Assembly (NCBI GenBank): GCA_965153355.1
Contig: OZ231126.1
Span: forward strand, 30,070,001 to 30,134,000
Direction: 5' to 3'
From: Flaccisagitta enflata
Taxonomy: Eukaryota
DNA: 64,000 nt
Part shown: positions 20,734 through 64,000 of the stretch, piece after piece
How positions within the stretch are numbered: the stretch's first letter is position 1
Layout: each line of letters opens with the position of its first letter
The notes under the pieces: generated by a model
Seen by the model: only the letters and a program-made list of their open reading frames with translations
What the model was told of the DNA's origin: nothing
Databases searched by the model: none
Position numbers and translations under genes: made by a program

Positions 20734-23700
20734 TTATCCAAAACCATGAGCAAGCAGGATAAAAAGCAAGCGTCATAAAAGTCAGTCAATATGCGTAACA
20801 TGTTGACTTTTCTTTTGTGTTACAGGGCCCGAAATTATGATCAATATAAAATATTATTCTTCAGGAAGACTGCGGAAAAATAAAAAAAATTCAAAAAATC
20901 ATAACGCGAAAACTATTGATCACACAATATTCTGCTTGGCGCCATCTGAAAGAGTAAAATCAGCACTTTTTTAGCTATCAATTTCATGCGTGGTACCATT
21001 TAGCCCCAAAAGCTTACCAACTTTCCCAAACACTTTATGGGAAAAAGGGAAATCTTAAAAAACTCTGCAGGACTCAAAAAGACCGAAGGGACTTCGTCTC
21101 TTCGACTTTTTTCCAAATCAAAGTCCATAAAGACTTCATTTTAGAGTGTTTTAATCTATCCCATTAGATTCAACAGAAAATTTTACCTAATTTTGAAAAA
21201 AAAATCAATTCAATCGGACAATTCTCACAGGTTTTGCGGCCATTTTATATTGATTAGGACAATTTTCCAATGTTTTTTTAGGACATTTATCCTAAAAAAC
21301 TTAAAACCCATAAAAATTGTCCAATTGAGCTGTTTTTTTTTCTTCAAAATTAAGTAAAATTTTCTACTGAATCTAATGCTCTAGGTTAATACACTCTAAA
21401 TTGAAGTCTTCATGAGTTACGTTTTTTTATTGCCAAATATTTGGACCCCGTTATTCAATGATTGAACTTTGAACATTGAACATTGTTCAAGGCATTAAGC
21501 CGGGCATTAAGCCTCCTTTAATTAGTCGGGCATTAAGCCTCCTTTAATTAGCCCAGAGACAAAAAATGAAGCTAGGGAAAAGAAACTTAAGTATTAGAGA
21601 TTTATCCTCCAGTTTTAGTCGGGTTTCCTCGGAATATCGTCATTTCTCAAGGAAAACGTGCTGATGGACTTACGTTATCAGGCAATACTTATCCCTTGTT
21701 CCAGGCACTCATCGAAGAGTGTGACATTCCCACCGCCAACCGACATCAACATCAACATGATGCCGTTTGTGATGGCAGACTCGTTCGAGGAATGCCAACT
21801 GCCCGATTATTTGGAGCCATATTGGCCATTCATCGAACAATGCAGCAGCCGTGAAGCTGTCAAGGACTATACCATGTTCCACAAGACTTCAGACAAAGGA
21901 AAAATATGTTATCTTACGGTGCAAGAATCGTTTGTTGAGTCGGGTCAATCCCAAAGACGACCCGGGCTTCATGTTGACTGTCCGGGGTACGTCAAAATCA
22001 AGAATGAAGAGGTTTTAAGGAAAAATGTTGCGGAGGCGGACAAAACGGAAAGGGAAAAAGCAGAAGGTGCGGAAGATGAAGAAGATGAATCGGAAGGCGA
22101 AGATGAAAAAGATGAATCGGAAGGAGAAGATTCGGACAAAAAGAAGTATGCGGACAAAAAGAAGAATGGTGAGTATGGCACAGTTTGGCACACAGATAGA
22201 GCAAATGGAACATGTGTCTTTTATTGGTTGTTTTTTTATGTTTTGTTTTTTGGTGCGTCAGAGCACCTTTAATTGAGGTCTTGTCTGTCGGAGGGTCACA
22301 ATTGACTGCAATCAACCACCGGCTGTAGTGGCCTTGTTTCATTTCCTGCTCTTTGGGACTTTGAATTTCTTAAAAAATTAGATTTTTTCTTTGCAGTTAA
22401 GTCTTTCAGATCCTAATTCCATGAAGCCTAAAAAAACTGTGAAAACAGAATTACAATTTTACACAGGAAAAAAATTATTTTATTTCAGAAAATGGGATTG
22501 AGTTGGGCGGTCCAACGGCGCCAAAAGAAGGCGACGGCGTTTCCCGACGTTATTTGTCTCATCGATGGGGACTCGGCGGTTGTCAAGTCGTCCCCCAACA
22601 ATCACATCTCGACAACAACGGCTCGACGTTCCACGACCGAAGTTACGTGCTCACAGGTGGCATTTACATGGCGTCAAATGTTGACGATTCTTGCAAAGTG
22701 TGGAATTGCAAAATCGTCCCAGAAGCGGAGGATGAGGAGGAAGAAGATGACCGAGGCACTTTCCTCAGAAAATGCTATTCCACTGGTTAGCCTTGATTGT
22801 TTGTAGAAGCATGTGTTCTTCTCTTCTTCATGCAGAGATTTAAGGATGGTATTGGGCGGTCAAAAAATAAAGTGATTTTTTTTAAATTTCTGTTAAGTGT
22901 TAGGTGTAATAAAGTGATTTTTCTTATATTTCTGTTATTTGAAAATGAAATAAGATGTCCAGAATGTCTGCTCTTGCTCCATTTTTCAGTAGGATTTGCT
23001 TAAATTACAACAACATTATCCTACCGAAGCTGTAAAACGCCCTGAAACAAGTGACGCGGGATCACAACATTGTTGCGGACGGGTGGGCACGCCATACCCC
23101 CACCCACATCTTAAACTAGTCATCCAAGGATCGCACATGGTCAGCGGTACCCGATGCCCTGCTTGGAGTGATCAAGTGAAGAAGTGGAAAGAGAGCAGGG
23201 CAGCGGCCCCAAAGGGCCGATGTCCTGTAGGACACAGGGGGGAATTTCCAGACGTCCTGAGATACAGATGGCTGATTTGAGGCCTGGAGGGCTGAAAAGA
23301 GGTCTTGGGGCAGATTTGAGGTCATGAGGGAAGATTTGAGCTCTGGAGAGCAGATTTGAGGACTGGAGGGCTAATTTGAGGCCTGGATGGCTAATTTGAG
23401 GCCTTGAGGCCAGATTTGAAGTCCGGAAATCAAATTTGAGGTCAGGAGGGCAGATTTGAGGCCTGGAGGTCAGATTTAAGGTGGATTTGAAGCCTGGAGA
23501 GCTATATCAGGGTCTGACAGGGCTTGTTTCAGGGCATGGAGGGCAAAAAACAGGCCTGAGAGTGCTGGTTTAGGTCCTCGATGGTCCTCGGGGGGGGGGG
23601 ACGGACGGACGGACGGACGGAAGGACGGACGGAAGGACGGACGCGGGAAATTGCGGACGGGTGGGCAGGGGTATCCAACCCCTATCTACACGCCATACCC

Positions 23701-24168
23701 CCCACCTACATCTTAAAAAAGCATCTAAAATACTTGTTTTCCCACTTTTTGTTATGGACCAAAGGATGGACAGAGCCTTTAATATATATAAATAATTGTG
23801 TGTCCGCCTTTAAAAAGACTCCTTCTCATTTTCAAGGAACTGACGAATTCTGCAAGTCAGACCGAAGAGAAGCCATTGGACAACTGGGAAATATTGAACA
23901 TTTGCGGAAATTACTTCCGGATGAATTGGCTCAAACGACAAAAGCCAATCAAATGTATTGGCTCACTGATCGGACGCCTCACGAATCACTTCCGCTGAAG
24001 GAAGGCACCTATCGACAGTTCTTCCGCTTAGTAATGAGTCAAGTCGGTCTGTGGTACAAAGATCATTCTACCCCGAATCCTAAAGGAGTCTTGCCAGACC
24101 CCAAGATAACCAAAATTGTCAAAGGCAACAAATTTTATTCAGAGGGAGTTGAAATAGTCGATATTTAG
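16398..24168 (+). CDS. Uncharacterised ~511-aa protein, putative 2-oxoglutarate/Fe(II)-dependent dioxygenase-like (DSBH fold) with acidic insertions
   Basis: Exons 16398-16840, 21705-22168, 22489-22785 and 23837-24168 have GT-AG boundaries with matching phases (2,1,1) and total 1536 nt from ATG to TAG. Motifs: QRRPGLHVD (HxD at 21970-21978), GGIYMASNV, WLTDRTPHESLP (His at 23980-23982), YRQFFRL (Arg at 24013-24015). The gene model is well supported; the fold assignment is inference. Confidence 0.75.
17027..17717. mobile_element. TA-flanked foldback MITE inserted in a HINE-like short repeat
   Basis: TA|CAGACGGAACAC ... GTGCTCCGTCTG|TA with arms inverted over most of the length. The flanks rejoin to CTTATAGATGTGTGTCCGCAACTAAA, the end motif of the abundant short repeat. 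Confidence 0.8.
20823..21450. mobile_element. Degenerate MITE with internal long hairpin
   Basis: Loose TIRs CAGGGCCCGAAATTATG / ATATTTGGACCCCG. Internal inverted arms at ~21126-21225 and ~21315-21412. Confidence 0.45.
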
Positions 24169-25900
24169 TATATTTGATGTTCTACTAGAAAGAATGAATG
24201 TTATTGTACAGATTTAGATCGACTTTGATTATGTATCTAATGATATCGGGCGCTGAAGATTACTCGGTACTCACGGCTAAAACGCTAGCAGGACTTTTCT
24301 TTGGGCTAAAGTCCTAGATTTTCCTGTTGCCTTGATTTGATCATGATGTCACTTGAATATTTGCTTAAATGTCATGGTGGAAGAATGTTGGACTTACTGA
24401 CTGGTTTATAAAAGTCTAATTATCTCGCCGAATCTCGCCGATTTCTCTTAATTGAAATGAATAAGAAAGTGAGCATAAATCCAGAAGCAGAATTATGGTT
24501 ATATTCAGGAATATTCGTTCACTTGCATAAAATTAAATCCTAACTATGCAAAAACAGTTTTATTAACGGTTGATGACAATGTACGGTAAAAACCTCAACT
24601 CATGACAAAACAAACTCAACGCTACATGTACGTTTACTTTTCTTCAGTCTGTCGTCCATGATTCACATATATTACACGATTGATATGTATAAGATACACT
24701 AGTTTAGTCACGTTAAGTCACACCTTACTTTGAATATCCCATCAAAATGGTAGCATCTCATAAATTGTGTGGAAATTCTACATGATGGTTGTTATTCGAT
24801 TGACTAAAAATGGTTTTGATTTGAAATAAGTTGTCTGAAACAAATTTGTTTTGTTTTTTTTAAGGTCAGTCGCTTTTTGGAGAATCATGGACGAAGAAGT
24901 CGTCATAAGTTCAAATCAGAAAACTGGGAAAGGTTGTTTTTTTTTTTAAAATCATTCCATTTAAATGTGTTAATATTAATTACCATAACTCTAGACATGA
25001 CAAAACAAAATATTCAGCGGTATGCAGAAAATTAGATGACTTTGATTTAGATGATGTAAACGACGAAATGAAAGCGGAACAGGTTAAACTTTTTATAGCA
25101 CAGAAATCCAAATGGTTCTCATGAAAAAAAGAACGAAACACATAACACAAAGCAGCCTGGAAGAATATGAAAAAAAGAAAAAAAAAGAAAAAAGAATGAA
25201 GGGTGAGATCAAACGATCACACTCATCAAATACGATTAAATCAGACAACGTTTATACGCGTGCGAGAGAGAGAGAAAAACGAATGAAAAGTCTGCATTCC
25301 GCAAAGTTTTATGATAATGAATGAGAGAGAAGATGCGATCCCCTATTCCGGTTTGTGATTAATTTCTCAAGAGAAAGAAAATCGTTTATAAATAATCCAA
25401 ACTATAGTTTTGACGGCATATCAATGAACAAGAAAAGCGAGTTAGCCGCTAAAAAAAAAACGCACAAAAGATAACTAATTCTATACTCAAAAAGTATAAT
25501 TATTTTTTTTGTTTTCATCCAAGAGCTACAAAAGGCGTTCACTTTTTCCTTCGAATTCGTTGCTCTTTTTTGTATCACAGATAGTATAATGACGATGTTG
25601 ACTTAGGTTGTGCCCATTTTCGCCCAAAAGATGGATCTACTGGTCACTTGACAAACAAAACGAACAAGCATCGTCGAAGACAAGTCTTTCTTGTTCAGAT
25701 CAAAGATCGGTCTTAGCAGAATACACAAGTCTCCACCCAAACCTCCTTGTTCCTTTCGCCTTCTGCTTCTTCTTCGCATCCACCTTTTAACTTCTCCTCC
25801 ACTTCCTTCTCCTTCTCTTTCATCCTACCCCTCTCCCAATAACATCTCATTCTCCATATGTCTCCTTCTTCCTCCTCCGCCGCCTCCTATATCCTCCGCT

Positions 25901-62720
<36,820 letters not shown>

Positions 62721-63821
62721 CTGAAAAAGAAGAAAGAGAAATAAACGACTATGATTATCAATCTAACAGTAACATGATCCTACTACTTGTTATTCATAAT
62801 TTGAAGTGAATGATCGAGTATATAGAGAAAGCAAATTAATAGATAAATGGAAATCAGTCATCAAAGACGATTGTCAGAAAGTCGAAAACCGAGAAGTATC
62901 TGGAATTTTTCTATTCCCTTTTTTTGGTTCCCTCTTGATAAATGGAAATATCACTATAGATTCTTGAGTTTAGAATGATGGTCATGACTGAATGAACGAA
63001 TCAAATGACAAAAGGTCCTTACTCTTACCATCAAATTGATTGGGAAAAGGCCCCGGAGGTATAAGTTACAGTGAAGGTGAAAGGTAAGGCGAGGTGAAAG
63101 ATCAAGAATTACGTGATCGTGATGAAGGAAGTGGAAGCTTAAGAAAGAATTGAGTGAGGTTAGGTAAGTAGCAAGTAAGGACAAAAATAAAAGAAACAAA
63201 GCCGGATACAAGCCGACCCATGTCCTGTAAAGGTGGGTGGAGGCAGAGCGATAAGATAGGCAAATCAAACATTTGGACAGGGCAGTGGTGAAAAAAAAAA
63301 CGATAAACCAAAACGCTGAAACAAGCTAAGTTTTATTGACCAATGGACCAAACGACCGACAGACATGGTAAGTTATAGAGTCGCGTGCAAAAAGATAATG
63401 CTACCCAGACCTCCAACGACTCATTTTTTAGTTTGTCGCCGCGAAGGTTCCTGGTTGTGAAAATTATACGTTTATCTTATATTTAAATCCTCACCTTTAC
63501 CTCTTTACCACATACACATCAAAAAGAAAGAAAAAAAAGATCACTAATAGGATAAAAGTGTTTCTTTTTTTGTTCTTAAGATTCTCTTAGCCCCCCCCTT
63601 TTTTTTTCTCTCTCTCTTTCATGCATATACAGCATGTCTACGAAAACAGACACTTTTTTTCTTTTACTTATCATACTCTGGAAATCATTTCGAAGATACT
63701 TATCCCTGCAAATAGGATTGGAGGAGAGCCCAGACGAGACACCGCAGAGAAAGTGTGTGCAAAAGGTGAAAGGAACTTTATGTGTATGTGAGAAAGAGAA
63801 TTAGAGAGAGAGAGAGAGAGA

Positions 63822-63878
<57 letters not shown>

Positions 63879-64000
63879 TCGCACTCGCACTCGCACTCGC
63901 ACATACATTGGTGCATAATACCATGGCATGAACAATATGACCAAACATGCGAAAGAGCACTTGCATGCACTTGCACGTGACAGAGTGGCAAAAGCAAAGT

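Overview
This is repeat-rich eukaryotic DNA, most likely from an invertebrate animal. It has spliceosomal introns, long microsatellites and many MITEs, with no prokaryotic operons or CRISPR arrays. Three intron-containing genes can be spliced by hand. (1) The 3' part of an ISWI/SMARCA1/5 chromatin-remodelling ATPase (+, 8 exons, 1638-9066). (2) An apparently complete 4-exon, ~511-aa uncharacterised gene (+, 16398-24168) with an HxD...H...R pattern typical of 2-oxoglutarate/Fe(II) dioxygenases, the most novel-looking item. (3) A 5'-incomplete TANC/rolling-pebbles gene (-, ~32 exons, 62720-25901) with P-loop NTPase, ankyrin and TPR regions. The TANC model includes a probable GC-AG intron, a stop-free in-frame poly-Asp intron and a one-base frameshift in a G-run. 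Mobile DNA includes a decayed AcademX-type XPG/Cys-finger element between ~480-bp inverted repeats, a 5'-truncated LINE with an unusual Pro-rich/SIM-like tail, a tRNA-derived SINE, TA-flanked MITEs and nested Helentron/DINE-1-like satellite-carrying elements. All family calls rest on motif recognition by eye; no searches were run.
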